This document shows, one piece after another, positions 14,081 through 30,562 of a DNA stretch of 64,000 nt (position 1 is the first letter of the stretch; each line of letters begins with the position of its first letter). The position numbers and the translations under genes were made by a program. This DNA is from Eledone cirrhosa. Taxonomy: Eukaryota. The notes beneath the pieces are model-generated. The model did not search any database, was not told the DNA's origin, and was given only the letters and a program-made list of their open reading frames with translations. The stretch is taken from contig OZ024745.1 in the NCBI GenBank assembly GCA_964016885.1, positions 17,050,001 through 17,114,000 of the forward strand, given 5' to 3'.

Positions 14081-15312
14081 GAAGATTATTTTTCACCAAT
14101 TGCTTACAACGAAGCTGTAATATTAAACATACTAACTATTATTATTCTTTGCTAATGTTTCAATAAATTGCAGTTGCGTATTAAATGAATTTAGTAGAAT
14201 ATAATTGAATTTTGGTGTATTTTGATTGTAATACAAAAAATAAATATCAATATATATATATATATATACGTATATATTAACCTGTTCAGTAAATTTTTAT
14301 TATTAGTACAACAAAAATATTCTGCTTTCACCTTCAAAGCAGAAACTGTATGCTTGAACTATCAGCACCACTGATAGTAGGCTATACGTTGCTATTAAAA
14401 ACGTATACTCAACCTAATGCCGAAAATCATTCCACCCGTTACACTCCTCTTCAGTTCATCTTTCCTGACTAAACCCTAACATTTTTTTGTTCTTATTTCC
14501 TTTCAAATTACTTCATTATCACCGATCTTACAGGATGAACCACCAGGAGTGTAGCGGGCGGGAGGATTTTCTGCATTAGGGTGAGTATACATTAGTAACC
14601 GCAACGCAACAAACTGTGTGGTTGAGATGCATCATGTAAGACCGTCCTTCTACACTGTGAGTGTGTGTGTATGTGTACGTATGTGAACGTGCGTCAGGTA
14701 TTTGTTTGTTATGATCAGCCATGGGTCTATATCATTGTAGACATGTCTGTGTGGTTTGCAGGTTTGGGGTATTAAGACATAGTTTACATAGTTGTTGGAC
14801 CTCGATCGTGTCTTGCGACGAGTGTTGCAGCTGGCTATATCAAATGAACAGCTTGCTCCTGATATTAACAAACACGTGGCTCTAGTAATTATATGTCCAA
14901 TGAATATGACAAGCGACGTACAAAGTGTTGTCGTTTACCCGAGGTTACTTACACAACCTCGACCGAGACAATTGCCAAAGATAGCAGAGAATCACTTCGA
15001 TCCACGCCTTGTAATTATGAAGCAAGTCATGTAATCATTGTCTAATGAACATTTCTATATATTAAGGTTGAATAAATCGAGAAACATACAACTAGAGATG
15101 GGAAAATTGGAAACCGTATCTCTAGCTTTTCAACGAGAGACCTTGAGGCTAAAGTGTTATTTGCAGCAAATTACCGTATTGTTTGAAGGATTAAGCATTA
15201 TATTAAAAGTGTAAACAATATTTGATTCACTTACAATAGTGGTATTTAAAATTTTGTAATCTTGCCAGTATTTTGTAATCCGTGAGCGCAGGGCAAATCC
15301 ACTGCTAAAATG

Positions 15313-15463
15313 TAGGTATTAGGATGGGTGCTCTGAAATAGCGATGTATACATGAAGGTATGTATAGTATATTTGGCATTTAATTAAACACATTTATTGC
15401 CAAATATGTTATTCATAGATTCACGTATACATCGCTATTTGAGAGCATCAATACTAATACCTA
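15313..15463. repeat. Imperfect inverted repeat
   Basis: taggtattag..tgctct.aaatagcgatgtatac.tgaa / ttca.gtatacatcgctattt.agagca..ctaataccta. Confidence 0.7.
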
Positions 15464-15723
15464 GTTTTTGCTGGACCGGCAATCGCTCCGTATAATTAGC
15501 TCCTGATTATTACTGGAATTCTATAAGAATCCAGCTTCTAAAATTTTCGACAAAGGCAGGTGAGTGCATGGCTTTGCGAAACGCCAAGCAGCGAGAAACA
15601 GCTGTCATCCATTCTAGCAGGCTTTTGCCTGCTAGAACATATATATGTAAGTGACATAGTCACTATTTTAAAACTGATAGGAATGGTCTTCTAATTGTTT
15701 TTAAATAAACATATGGTATATAA

Positions 15724-15812
<89 letters not shown>

Positions 15813-15903
15813 AGGTGAGTTTTATTGTAGTACAATAAAGTAATATGTTGATTTAAAACTGCACTATCCACAAGTGGTTTTTAACCTTTATATCATGTCC
15901 TCC

Positions 15904-15974
15904 TATTTTATCTGATGAAAACACAAATGTTATTGCATGATGATATTTGTTTTTGAAATGCGCATAATAAAATA
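15904..15974 (+). ncRNA. Minimal type I hammerhead ribozyme
   Basis: tattttat-CTGATGA-stem II-GAAA-tgcgca (palindrome)-TA-ataaaata. Paralog of 3712; element ~15811-16006 in (TA)n. Confidence 0.85.
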
Positions 15975-16002
15975 CATGGAACTCATTTAACCCTCTTTTG
16001 AT

Positions 16003-16127
<125 letters not shown>

Positions 16128-16211
16128 TAAGATAAGCAGAACAAGTAAAATGCAATCAATTCTTTAAAATACATTAAAAAATATAATATAAATATTTACC
16201 TCTCCTAGTGG

Positions 16212-16290
16212 CCCTTACTGATCAGTTTCGCTTTGTAAAACCTCATAAATCCGATGGATTTCTGATGGAAAACCAAAGCTCATCAGAGAA
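16212..16290 (-). ncRNA. Minimal type I hammerhead ribozyme
   Basis: Minus strand: ttct-CTGATGA-gctttg...caaagc-GAAA-ctgatcag (palindrome)-TA-aggg. Element ~16127-16736 lies between (TA)n tracts. Confidence 0.8.
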
Positions 16291-16733
16291 GCATTTTCCT
16301 TTCCTAGGGTTAAACGTCCCAGGAACGACAAAATATATGACCTCCTGCCAGCAAATAAGGGTCTGAAAGGTCGTAAAAGTGACCCGTATGTAAACTGGAC
16401 CGAAGTAAAAGCGGGAAAATCAAACGCTCACATCTCACCCATGTCGGATGGTCTGTATCTCTCGTCCATGAATTCACCAAGCTTAAGCTTACAGATATCA
16501 TGTACTTGTCTCTTCCTAACTTTCCGTTAAATACCATCGTTGTTTGTTTACATGTCTCGCTCGTTTCACCCTATTTTACTTGTCCCAATAACTTTATTTA
16601 GTTATTGCTCGCACCAACCAGAGGTATATGATTTTTAAAGCGATGAAATACAAATGAATGTTGGAAGATCACTGATTAAGGACTAATTTTATTCATATGT
16701 AACCCATGTGCAACCACGCAGCACTCCATTTTT

Positions 16734-17331
<598 letters not shown>

Positions 17332-17833
17332 ATATTTAATGGTCTCTATTGTCGATTTCAACGTCTTCCTGTAAATGACTTAGCCTGATAGCACTGGTGC
17401 TTGAAGAGTCCACCTGGTTTATGGTATTCGATTATGGCAACAGTGTCTAAGCTGCTTGGATATTGAAGTATTATAGAGTAGAACAAAAACGACCATGACA
17501 ATTTTGCTGCATACCGTTTGATATATATATACAGTAGGGAGATATTGCGAAAATTGTCAGAGGTAGATTCTTCACGTGTGTTCTTGACGAAAGATATGAA
17601 AGATTCATCCCTGATATTCTGAAGGTCGCGTTCCTTTTCGGATATCTATCTATATATATATATATTAACATGATATTTCAGTTGGCACCATGATATATTA
17701 TTTACCAACTCAATACGATACATCCGTGTGAGTATTTGCGTTATATACTTACAAATGAGCAAAGTCTATAGAGCAACGAAGCAATGGAAACACATGGAAC
17801 AGGACATATATATATATATACGCATCACGTTTC

Positions 17834-17884
<51 letters not shown>

Positions 17885-17953
17885 GTATATGACAGAAAAC
17901 GGATGCATATATATATATATATATATATAAATATATCTCACACATATATCTCA

Positions 17954-18009
<56 letters not shown>

Positions 18010-18023
18010 ACACATATATCTCA

Positions 18024-18627
<604 letters not shown>

Positions 18628-19129
18628 ATATTTAATGGTCTCTATTGTCGATTTCAACGTCTTCCTGTAAATGACTTAGCCTGATAGCACTGGTGCTTGA
18701 AGAGTCCACCTGGTTTATGGTATTCGATTATGGCAACAGTGTCTAAGCTGCTTGGATATTGAAGTATTATAGAGTAGAACAAAAACGACCATGACAATTT
18801 TGCTGCATACCGTTTGATATATATATACAGTAGGGAGATATTGCGAAAATTGTCAGAGGTAGATTCTTCACGTGTGTTCTTGACGAAAGATATGAAAGAT
18901 TCATCCCTGATATTCTGAAGGTCGCGTTCCTTTTCGGATATCTATCTATATATATATATATTAACATGATATTTCAGTTGGCACCATGATATATTATTTA
19001 CCAACTCAATACGATACATCCGTGTGAGTATTTGCGTTATATACTTACAAATGAGCAAAGTCTATAGAGCAACGAAGCAATGGAAACACATGGAACAGGA
19101 CATATATATATATATACGCATCACGTTTC

Positions 19130-19194
<65 letters not shown>

Positions 19195-19263
19195 GTATAT
19201 GACAGAAAACGGATGCATATATATATATATATATATATAAATATATCTCACACATATATCTCA

Positions 19264-19307
<44 letters not shown>

Positions 19308-19321
19308 ACACATATATCTCA

Positions 19322-19380
<59 letters not shown>

Positions 19381-19383
<3 letters not shown>

Positions 19384-19994
19384 ACACACACGCACTTATA
19401 TGTATACCCATACACATACACACACACATCTATATCTATACACGCACACATGTTTATACAACCTACCACCTTTCACACTCTTTGTTTTCCAGCTTCTACG
19501 GCCCACTATCTTTCACACACACACACACACTCACATACATACACACATACACATATACACACACAGTTACACACACATATATATTTACACACACATATTT
19601 TACGGCTTTCACACGCTAGCGCACCCTATTGATTTAACCCAATTGGTCAGTAGCTTTTGCCACAGCCTATCACGCGCACACGCATTCTTTCCCTCGTTTG
19701 AATTTTCCCCATAACGGCATTCCCAAGTTTTAACGACAATACAACTTTCTCCGGCTTAGCCTGTTCCCCCTCTTTTGGAACTTTTCCCCCGTTGATGGGC
19801 GTGAGCCCGAAATATTGGGATTAAATCTCCTCTACGGTAACCCTTCTACCTTTGTTTTGTTTTCATTTTCATTTTCACTTTTCTCCTATTTCTCACTCAC
19901 TTCTTACCTCGAGATTTCCCATCTGCATTGTTGTGGCTTTCTAAACTATATATTTTACACATTTCACAATGCTTCAAGCAAACTTTAACACCCT

Positions 19995-19998
<4 letters not shown>
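19381..19998 (+). mobile_element. Solo pLTR of the Penelope/Poseidon-type element
   Basis: Near-identical to 56030-56610 and to the reverse complement of 49734-50355. Ends at ..caccctctta(TA)n. Confidence 0.9.
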
Positions 19999-20048
<50 letters not shown>

Positions 20049-23000
20049 GAAATTTGATGTGTTTTCGTTGCTCTATAGACTTTGCTCATTTGTAAGTATA
20101 TAACGCAAATACTGACACGGATTTATTGTATTGAGTTGGTAAATAATATATCATGGTGCCAACTGAAAGACCATGTTAATATGACAGCTTTATTTCCTAC
20201 ACCAAACAATCTATATTATCGCATTTCTCCGACAACTTAACGAGTTGAAATGCTGCTTATCACCGACCAGTTCTGTTAATTATAATCACCTTAATGCGTT
20301 TACTACTTCTATGCATGCTAGTGTAGTAAATATAGTACTAGAGTGTCATGCGAGTGACAGTAATCTTAAACATTGATTCTGCTCACGTAGACACATACCT
20401 ATTAGCATTGATAATCTATAATGATTTAAATTTCTGAAGACTAGCGTTGAACATTCTTGCACTCACATCTGTGTTATTGTATTAGAAAGTGTTTATTATT
20501 TTCGGGCACAATTCACGTTTACTGGAGCGTTTTATAATACTTAAGGTATCACCAAGGCTGTGTAGAAAATGATATATTGAGAATGCCACGATATTGTCTA
20601 GAAGGAAATAACGATCGTTGTAACAGTGCTGGCTTATACAATGTACACAATGAAGCTGGTTACTAATTATAATTATGAAACATTAATGTATGATTTGTCT
20701 CATCATGACAAAATACGTTGGTAATGTCCAGTCTCTTTAGGGTAATAAACCATGACATTTGTTATTTTCAAATTCTTCATAGATATTGGTAAAGATCGGG
20801 TTCTAAGTGTATCGAAAATAAGAAAGTATTTTGACAATACATTTAAATCTTAAAATATATTTTTCAAATAAATGTTAGATTTCTACAGCTTTTTTAAGAA
20901 TAGCTTACGCTAATATTATATAACTATAATATATTAAATATCCTTCTGACGCATGTGATAATGGTTTTGAATTATATCAGTAAAATGAAAATACCAGCAA
21001 TTCATGAAAGCTCAAAGGACACAGAGGTAACTGTGCCTGAAAGTATACAATATCGTGCAATGTGAATCATACACCAGCCTATTTCTAGACATAACCTAAA
21101 TACGTTGCTATAAAATTTCGCTTTTTAGTCATAAGGAAGAATAACATGATGACATCGGTGTATAGATAACTTTCATTTATTCATAGAGTTTTCAATAATA
21201 TCACAATTGATAAATTTAAATATATCTGGATGAGCTTTCTAGGATGTCTCCATTTTAGTCAAGCAAATACATCACAATATCACATAGCGTTCGGGTGCAA
21301 ATCAAGGCAACAGCCCGTGTCCCTACAGAGCTGGCCAATGAATTATGCTGGAATACCGGGCGTATCATGATGCCCATAAGAGTATATCACTAACGACCTT
21401 CTTACATTCGACGGTGGTGAAATCAGTGTTGTTACATGTTTCTACTGCATGGACAAGCACTAAATGCTTAGCGACAGCGTTTAATATTGTTTAAATCTGC
21501 ATGTGAAGATGGACCAATATGAGTAAAGTTAAAGAGGTCCTCCGACTAAACAAAGACTATGAGGTAATATTTTTCCATTGCTTCATGTCAATAGAGAAAG
21601 ATGCATATATTGTGCAGGGTATTGCTGGATAGCTGACAAAGTTCGCAGTATTGATCATACTGCATAAATTTTAATTTTGTGGTTTTGTTAACATACTCTT
21701 TCTATACATACAAGGTTTATATATATATATAATAGAATTCGTAATAATGCATATGATGTTATAAGAAAAACCATAACATGTGAGCAACGATATTAAACAG
21801 AAGTATTGTGAACTACTCATATTAGTGTGACTACTATTTCACTTTCTTTTGCATCGTGCCTATTAAAACAATTCTATGGCAAGCAACCCTTCATTGAATT
21901 GCATATTTAAATAACCGTATATGTACTTTTTCAAGTAATAGATTTTAAGAGACAAACGAATTTTGAATGCTACAATAAATGCTTCACACAAATTTACTTT
22001 TATATTGCCAATCTTATAATTGGTATATTTCTATTGCTGAATTACTTAAGCCCTGCTGATTTAATTATTAATTATCTCGCATTTTACACTTCACACAGCT
22101 CTCTAGACTAAGCAAATTTCTTTTAAATCAAGTGTTCTCTGTGAAATGTGTTTACTGCTACAGCACAAAATAATTTTAAAAATACAAAACAATGCCTCGT
22201 CTCCATTAATTGATTCTTTTCTTTTGCTTGATATGCCAAAAATATTAATAAAATACTCTGATAAACTGATAATTAAATCAAGAGTTGCTTGTGCAAATAA
22301 AAACAAATGTAGTTCTCTAAATAACGCATTAAATGTTTCTTTTATTTTCTGTGTGTTTATAATTTCAAGGTTTTGTTTCAATTTGATAATTACTTTTGGA
22401 GTACATATACAAATGATTCTAAAATCATTCATTAACACGATTGCAAAACAATTGATTATTTTCCTGTGCAAAACATAAAAGAAAATTATTGTAAAATTTT
22501 GAAATGAACTGTATTGGGTACTTAATGGAAATAGAATAATTAATTACAAAGACAATTAACAAAACAAACTTAGATGATAACAGTCACAAGATATAGATTG
22601 CTAAAGAAATATTATTTTTCCTGTACTTAAATGCATTTAAAAAAACACTTTTTCGAAAATATAACATATATGTAGTCCCATCTGATCAATAATATTGGCA
22701 TTCCTTTATTACAGATGTTTTCACTAGTCTCTACATTATGATGAATTGCACGTTCCAATAGAAATGTGATGTCATATTACAGAACACAACATATACATAT
22801 GACAATACGTTATATGTTATATGTTATTGTATTAAAGTTTGAATTGTTCATTACATAACTTTTTGTACCAAATCATGTACCTTTGTATAATAGACCCTTC
22901 AAGACATCTGCCATATACATGAAAGACGATTATCAACAGAGTACTCGATACTTGGGATAGTAGAGTTTGACTATATTAGAAAGAGTCGGGGTCTGACGAC

Positions 23001-23183
23001 TGAACCCATGTCGTGTTAACGACTAGTTTCAGACTGTTGACTCACTGACGTACAGTCAACTGGCCATTACATCAGGGGCGGGGTTTGTACATACAAATAT
23101 ATAAGCTGACTATCTATGGGTAAATATTCTTTATAGGATGTTTAAATATGTTTTAGAAGGAATTGAGTATATTTTGTGTATAT

Positions 23184-23341
<158 letters not shown>

Positions 23342-23342
23342 A

Positions 23343-24422
23343 ATGTTCCACAAGAGGAGTGATGTCGATAGACTCTACTTAAGGAGATCTGAAGGTGGAA
23401 GAGGTCTTATCAGCATAGAGGACTGTGTTCAGATGGAGAAAAACAACCTACACACAACCTATACGTGACTGATAGTAGGGAGCCAATGCTCAGAATTGTA
23501 CTGAAGCAGAGGACAATAGACCAGGGAATATCCAAGGAGGAAATAACAAGAAGAAAGAGCAACCTTCATGACAAATCCCTTCATAGTACCTTCTTTGAGA
23601 AAACTGAATTTAGAGATCCACAGACATGGAACTGGTTGAAAAGAGGAGACCTTAAAAAGGCTAAAGAAGGAATGCCAATGGCTGCGCAAGAGCAGGCCCT
23701 CAAAACGAAGTGGCTGAAACACCATATTTACAAGGAGGAGGCTAGCCCACTGTGTAGGATCTGTGGAGAGATAGAGAGGAGACTGTGGCTCACATTGTAT
23801 CCGAGTGTAAACACCTAGCCCAGACTCACTATAAAAGGCTGGAGACATGATGTGATGGGCAGGGTGATCCACTGGCACCTATGCAAAGTAAACAATTTAC
23901 CACATTCTGAGAAGTGGTATGAGCATAAGCCAGAGTCGGTGATAGAAAACGATCAGGTGAAGGTTCTGTGGGATTTTAGGATACAGACGGACAAGAAACT
24001 GGAACACAATAGACCTGACCTGGTGGTTTTGGACAAGGAAAAAAGACCGTGTCTGATTCTGGATGTGGCCTGCCCATTCGACACGAGAGAGCAAGAGAAG
24101 GGGAGGCAGAAAATTAACCGATACCAGGTCTTAAAGTGGGAGGTAAAAAGGATTTGGAACTGCCATAAGGTCAAAGTGGTCCCGATTGTCATAGGCGCAC
24201 TAGGTACTATCTCAAAGAGTTTCCAAGGATGGTTAAAGAAAATTAGTCCAGCCCCGCTTTTTGGAACACTTCAAAAGGCATCCTTGCTGGGAACAGCAAG
24301 AACCCTCCGATACGTCATGAATATCTGAAGCTGCAGATAGTGGCTTGATATTCATTTCAACAAACTTTCCAGTTAACTAACATCAATGACTGAGACTCAA
24401 AAAACCATAATAATAATAATAA
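23343..24422 (+). mobile_element. R4/Dong-like non-LTR retrotransposon, 5'-truncated
   Basis: SDVDRLY..R..GGRGL, CRICG..E...HIVSECK Zn knuckle, KVLWDF.IQTD, RPDLVV, DVACP, VPIVIGALG (restriction-like endonuclease). Frameshifted; (TAA)n tail at 24408-24422. Confidence 0.85.
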
Positions 24423-25322
24423 ATGGGAAGAAAGAATCAGTATTGCATCGTATTTAATTCTATATTACATATGTTTCACTACCGATTAGCTCGAGGAACC
24501 ATAAACAATGTTAAAATATAAAAACATATACATATATCCGTAAATGAAGTGAGATTAATTGTAAGCACAACAACCAACAAACATTAAAAAACTGACCAGC
24601 TGATCTCTGATCTTTTGAAAAGACAAAAACATAGGTTCTTTCGTCGGGCATTTCTTTGATCGGGCCAATTGTTGGTGCTGCCATTCTTTTATGAGACCAT
24701 TCTTTGGTGGGCCGTTCTTTGGTCGGATCATACTTTTATCGGGGGGAGCACTAGCGTTTTTGTGAGGCGCCATTGCTGGCTTTATGTTCGCCAAAAAGCC
24801 GGCTAGATCTCCGGAAGACTCCGACCACAGAAATGGCGAACGCCAAGCAAACTCACGCACTTACATTTTCACACACACACACACACACACACCAATAAAC
24901 CGAGATGATTTAAATATTCTATCTCCCAATAACCATTCTCCAACTTGGTCTAATTCTTCCGCTGGCACAAATCTTGTTTCCGTCTGTAGGGTCTTATATG
25001 TCCAAGGTTTTGAACTATTTATCATACTCAAATATATTCTTCGAAGCTGATAATTTTATATTAGCATATTCAAATTCATAAACCACTCAACGTATCTAAG
25101 ATTAAAATTGTTTAAACATGTATATACTCTCCTTCTCAACGCAAGAGCAAATCACAAGCACGTGTTCAGTCGAATTAAGAGACAGGCTCCACTCCTGGTG
25201 GTTTCTTTTTAGAATATATAGACAGATATGCAATGCACGTATCCATGGGTATATCTTTGCATGTTTGTGTTGGAGTGTGTTGGTTGGTGTAGAAACTTTA
25301 GTCGTGTAAATTATATCATATC

Positions 25323-25364
<42 letters not shown>

Positions 25365-26030
25365 GTTTTCCCAATAAATGTATACACACATTTATTAGAA
25401 TGCTGTTGAAGTGTGTATACATATTTGGGACAACCTATATATAGATATATATGTATCATTATATCTATGGACATCTAAGTTTCTAAATGTTTATTTTCGT
25501 CTTTCCAAACCTTTGTAAATAAGTAGATAAATAATTATGTTTAAGACTTATAATTATTCAGTGTAACAGATGGATGAATTGAATTACGTGCAATAGCTGT
25601 AGACATTTCATCTAATTGTGAAAGAAAAGACATCAATCACCATCGGTAATCACCTCAATATGGTGCTATTGTAATAAATCGTTATCGTAATTGCCACACC
25701 GCTGTCTATTTCGATGACAATACTATTTAAACAATAAAAAAATGTATTTTTTCTATTTCACTTTCTCCATACGTTTATCTTCATATATATTTCCTGTTCT
25801 AATATTTTTCTTTTCCTATTCTGCATTTTAGCAACTTTTTAAAATCTCATTAATTTTCAATTCTGTCTGTCCTCGACATATAAACTCTAATTTCATTATC
25901 TTTCTTCATAATTACTTCACAATTCTTCTCTCCATTTTCTTCATTTTTAAAAAGAATCTTACTGGTCATTTTTATATTGATAATTATTTCTAATGTAACC
26001 CCAGTCTCACTTTTCTGTCTATCACACGTA

Positions 26031-26097
<67 letters not shown>

Positions 26098-26936
26098 TGA
26101 GTCACTTCCACACCCACACGCATACACAAAATGATAGGATAAATAGCACAAATACAAATACATATATAGAGAGACAAAGACAGAGAGAGGGAGATAGAGA
26201 GAAAGAGTTATATATATATATATATATATACACATAAATATATAAACAGTGGCTACACACGCTCACCTTCACATACGTATATATATATAAATAAGTGTGT
26301 GTGTTTATGGATTTATATGTGTGTGTGCGCGTGTGTGTTGGTGCGCGTATATGCATGTATGCGTACATATATGCGTACATTTCTCTATATATGATGAGCA
26401 TATGTGTATGTGTTGCCTCCATTTCTTTCTATATCTCTGGCTATCATTTATCGATAACGCACGTCATATACCTTTTTAATCTGTCTCCTACTGGCGCCAA
26501 TATATTGTCACTGAAACTGTTTTCATGACTATCGTTGTAGTTCGTGGATAAACATGGCGAAAGCCGTATTAATTACGTATTTATTAAACTAATACGTTAT
26601 TTATTTAACAAAGTAAGTTTTTGTAATCACTATATAATTCTTTGTCTTATCACTAAATATAAATAGATTTGCGGTGATATATAAATATTTTCATAGAATG
26701 ATATATTTGCTGTACACGTAAAAACAAGCATTTCTTACAATTTAAGCTGCACTATATATTCCTACATCGTTATAGAAAACCTGATCTTACCTTCAGTTTC
26801 TGAAACCGAGAATCTAGTATTGAATTGTAACAACTACAATTTGACCGGAAGCATAGAGACATACTGTCTATAAATATTCACCACTTACCAACTGCTGCAA
26901 GCGCCGTACAATTCAGCCTAATTAAATTAATATATA

Positions 26937-27047
26937 ATTGTTTCTACTTTTGGCACAAGGTCAGCAATTACCCAGTACATTACTGGTACTTTATTTTATA
27001 GACGCCGTAAGGATGAAAGGCAAAGTTAGCCTCGGCGGGATTTGAAT
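26937..27047 (-). mobile_element. SINE, partial
   Basis: Reverse complement of the 3' half of the SINE at 28841. Confidence 0.8.
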
Positions 27048-28840
27048 GCTTTGCTTTTTGTCGTTTATATAGATTAGCACGTAAGATGAAATCCTCGTTG
27101 ACGTATTTATTTCATGTGTAAAATAATGTCATGACATTTATTATATTCAAACAATATGTTCCAGCAGCCAGGTGAATTGTGGGTGATGATATACACACTA
27201 TATTATGATGTAATCATTGGCGTGGGTGTGGTAATGTGCTTAGTGAGTTACTTTCGTAAAACTTGTTTTGAGTTTATTGCCACTGCATGATATCTAGATC
27301 AAATAGCACCTATAATAGCCCCGTTTACTTGAAATTATATATGCGGGGGGGGGGGGGGGGGGCTTGTATGTCTGTTCTTACGTTTATTTTTTCTTTGTTA
27401 GTATTTAAACCAAGTAACTTGAATTAATAGCAGAGATCATTGGGAAGAATTGTTGTCTCAATCTGTACGGCGGCAGGTGTTGATGCGGCTGTAAAAGCAA
27501 ATCCTGAACCCGCAAGCTGTGTTCCAGTTAGAGCAAGTATGTCCTTCGTCAGTTGCTGTTTGGGTAACGGACGGCTTTCTTCTTCAATGTTTGTCTTTAG
27601 TTGCCTTGGTTTCGCTTGCTTTGATGTAGTTCGCCGTAGAAAACCTAGTGAGCTGATAAACATACCTTAGAACTGATGAAGATACCCTAATGAAATAAAT
27701 TCCAGACTTGAGAAAATAATTTCTGGGGTCGATATGGTCGTACAAGTTCTATGAAATGAATAGGTTATATGATTATGTACAAAAGCAGTAAACAATTTAA
27801 TCAATGTTATTAACATGTTTAAATATTTCTGCGTAGAGGTTTGGTTTATAAAACTGTCTTCGGTATCTATCTAGTGCCGCAGATAAAACAAATGTAACTG
27901 ATGATGTGGTAGCAACAACGATATGTGATTTATTATTTCCTGGTAGATAATTGAAGGATATATTAAAGCATGCACCATGAACCTCAAGTATACTATAAAA
28001 TAGTATTTATACAGAAGCAGCAGAGAATGAAATTGAAGCCGCAATAAATGTGTTTCCATTCACAATTCCCACGAGGAAACACCAACATCATCGTGTAGAA
28101 TGTCATTAATGTGGGCACCCTACTTATGTATTCGGATGTTTCCAAAAGCCCTGCGCTTGCACCCTCCTCAAAAGCCACTAGCTTCGTCATTTACATCGAA
28201 GTTCAGGAATAGGCAGTAATCACTATTGTGGTCATGTTTATTTATAAAGACACTGCTGTGCACCGCAGGCCTTGTTTTCCGAATTGTCCGCCTAGAAGCA
28301 TTTTATGTCGAACACATCCCAGACAACCAAAGCAGAGGATGATCGAAAAAATGTAGTTTCCCCGAAAAATCATTTCAAGTGTGTCAACTATATCATGGCC
28401 TGCGGTGTAATATATTCTCTGATAGTATCATTTGGCGACAATAAAGTTGCAAGATGAAAAGTTAATCTAATAATTTAGGGTGGTCATAGAAGCATGGATT
28501 TCGATAAGCGGATGAGGAGGAACAACACAGGTGAACGAGGCAGTACCAATATGATATATATTAGTTTAAAACAAGATATGGTAAAAAACGTGCTTTAATG
28601 TTGCGGGCTATAGGTCTTAACCGGAAGATAGAATGAAAGACAGAAAAAATAGACCGATAGACTAGAATAACAAACAAGAACAACCGGATATTTCGTTACA
28701 ATATGTAGGGGCATGTGTGTTTGTTTACTGACGGTAGTAAGTTTTATATGGTATCCTATTTTAACTTAAATTCTTCACTTGTGTAATTGCAGGAATACAA
28801 GCTTTGATACAACAAAGTTCCCATTATTAGCAATAATATG

Positions 28841-29028
28841 GGGCCGGTGGATTGGCAGTATCGGTAGAAGGTCGGACGCCATGCTTTGACGCATAGAGTC
28901 ACGGCCCTTGCCATTCTGAGTTCAAATCCCGCCGAGGTTAACTTTGCCTTTCATCCTTACGAGGTCGATAAAATAAAGTAGTAGTAATACACTGGGTAAT
29001 TGCTGGCCTTGTGCCAAAAGTAGAAACA
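28841..29028 (+). mobile_element. tRNA-derived SINE with target-site duplication
   Basis: A-box-like tggcagtatcgg and B-box gagttcaaatccc; direct repeat attattagcaataatatg at 28823-28840 and 29029-29046. Confidence 0.9.
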
Positions 29029-29440
29029 ATTATTAGCAATAATATGAAAGCATATATAGAATATTAGAGATGCTCATTAAAAAATACTTTATGAGTTTTT
29101 CAAATATAAGTCAAACATTTTTTATTCAAGTCGATCTTACGAGAGATTTCTTTATGAAAGAGATAAATATGTGACACCTTCTATTAACAATATACAAAAA
29201 CATTGATAAGATTTTCCATCTCCAAATTCAAGTGTGATTATTTCTTTGTTTTAGCTTACATTATATGATTCTTGTTTACCAGAAGGCCATATGTATTCTG
29301 GTTTTATCACAGCTGTCCTGCTATGTACTGTATCTTTAATAATTACACCTCTATTTTATTTGTAGTTGTCTTTAAACATCACATTACCATTAATAACCTT
29401 TTCACACACACGTATATACATTTATATATTCACTCCCGCC

Positions 29441-29482
<42 letters not shown>

Positions 29483-29484
29483 CG

Positions 29485-29568
29485 TGTATATAGTGAAGTA
29501 CTTCACTATTATCTCTGGCAAGGCGAAGAATAAATGAATGTAAGTTGTTAAACTTGATTTATTGTATT

Positions 29569-29628
<60 letters not shown>

Positions 29629-29716
29629 AATACAATAAATCAAGGTTAACAACTTACATTCATTCCTTTATTCTTCGATTTGCCAGAGATAATAGTGAAG
29701 TACTTCACTATACACA
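29485..29716. repeat. Inverted repeat centred on a (TA)n tract
   Basis: ~90-bp arms either side of (TA)n at 29575-29622; each arm holds the 18-bp palindrome tagtgaagtacttcacta. Confidence 0.85.
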
Positions 29717-29743
29717 CGCACGCACACATACACATACACACAG

Positions 29744-29796
<53 letters not shown>

Positions 29797-29925
29797 GTCA
29801 CCTGCTGATAATATTTTATACATTGTAATGAATTTCTAAAACACTTTCAACTATTCCTTGATTAATTCAGCAGCAATACCCTTATACGCCCCCCCCCCCA
29901 ATATATATATATATATATATATATA

Positions 29926-29967
<42 letters not shown>

Positions 29968-30039
29968 GAGAAAGAGAGAGATTTCGTTGAACGTAAACTT
30001 AAACACGAATCTTCTCTTGAAGAATTTGTATAATACAGT

Positions 30040-30562
30040 TTCTGATGTAGGCACGAGGCCAACACTTTTGGTGGGAGGGGAAAGTCATTTAGATGGACCC
30101 TAGTGCGTTACTGGAGCTATATTTTATGTTCCCATTAACGATGAATGTCTAACCTAGCCTCGGCACCATTTGAACTCGTTCGACGCTCTACTAATCTACC
30201 GCCTTGTCCTACTCACATTGGCAGTATCGGTAGAGGGTCGGACGCCATGCTTTCCAGCATAGTTACGTCCCTTTACGATCTGAGTTCAAATCCCGCCGAG
30301 GTTGACTTTGCCTTTCATCCTTACGGGTCGATAAAATAAAGTACCAGTAATGCACTGGGTAATTGCTGGCCTTGTGCCAAAAGTAGAAACGATTAATTGT
30401 TTATACTTTTGGCACAAGACCAGCAATTACCCAGGGCATTACTGGTACTTTATTTTATCGACTCCGTAAGGATGAATGGCAAAGTCAACCTCGGCGGGAT
30501 TTGTACTCAGAATGACAAGGGCCATAACTCTCTGCGTCAAAGCATGGCGTCCGACGCTCTAC
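30040..30562. mobile_element. Cluster of three SINEs
   Basis: A diverged minus copy at ~30040-30210, a plus copy at 30217-30395 and a minus copy at 30396-30562 (tail-to-tail); all match 28841. Confidence 0.85.

Noticed and set aside
13841-14155. His-rich and Met/Asp-rich ORFs
   Set aside because: Products of a (CAT)n repeat.
24555-24860. GC-richer ORF next to (CA)n
   Set aside because: No recognisable domain, paralog or splice support.
28841-28935. tRNA gene
   Set aside because: The A/B boxes belong to a multi-copy SINE with a target-site duplication; no cloverleaf.
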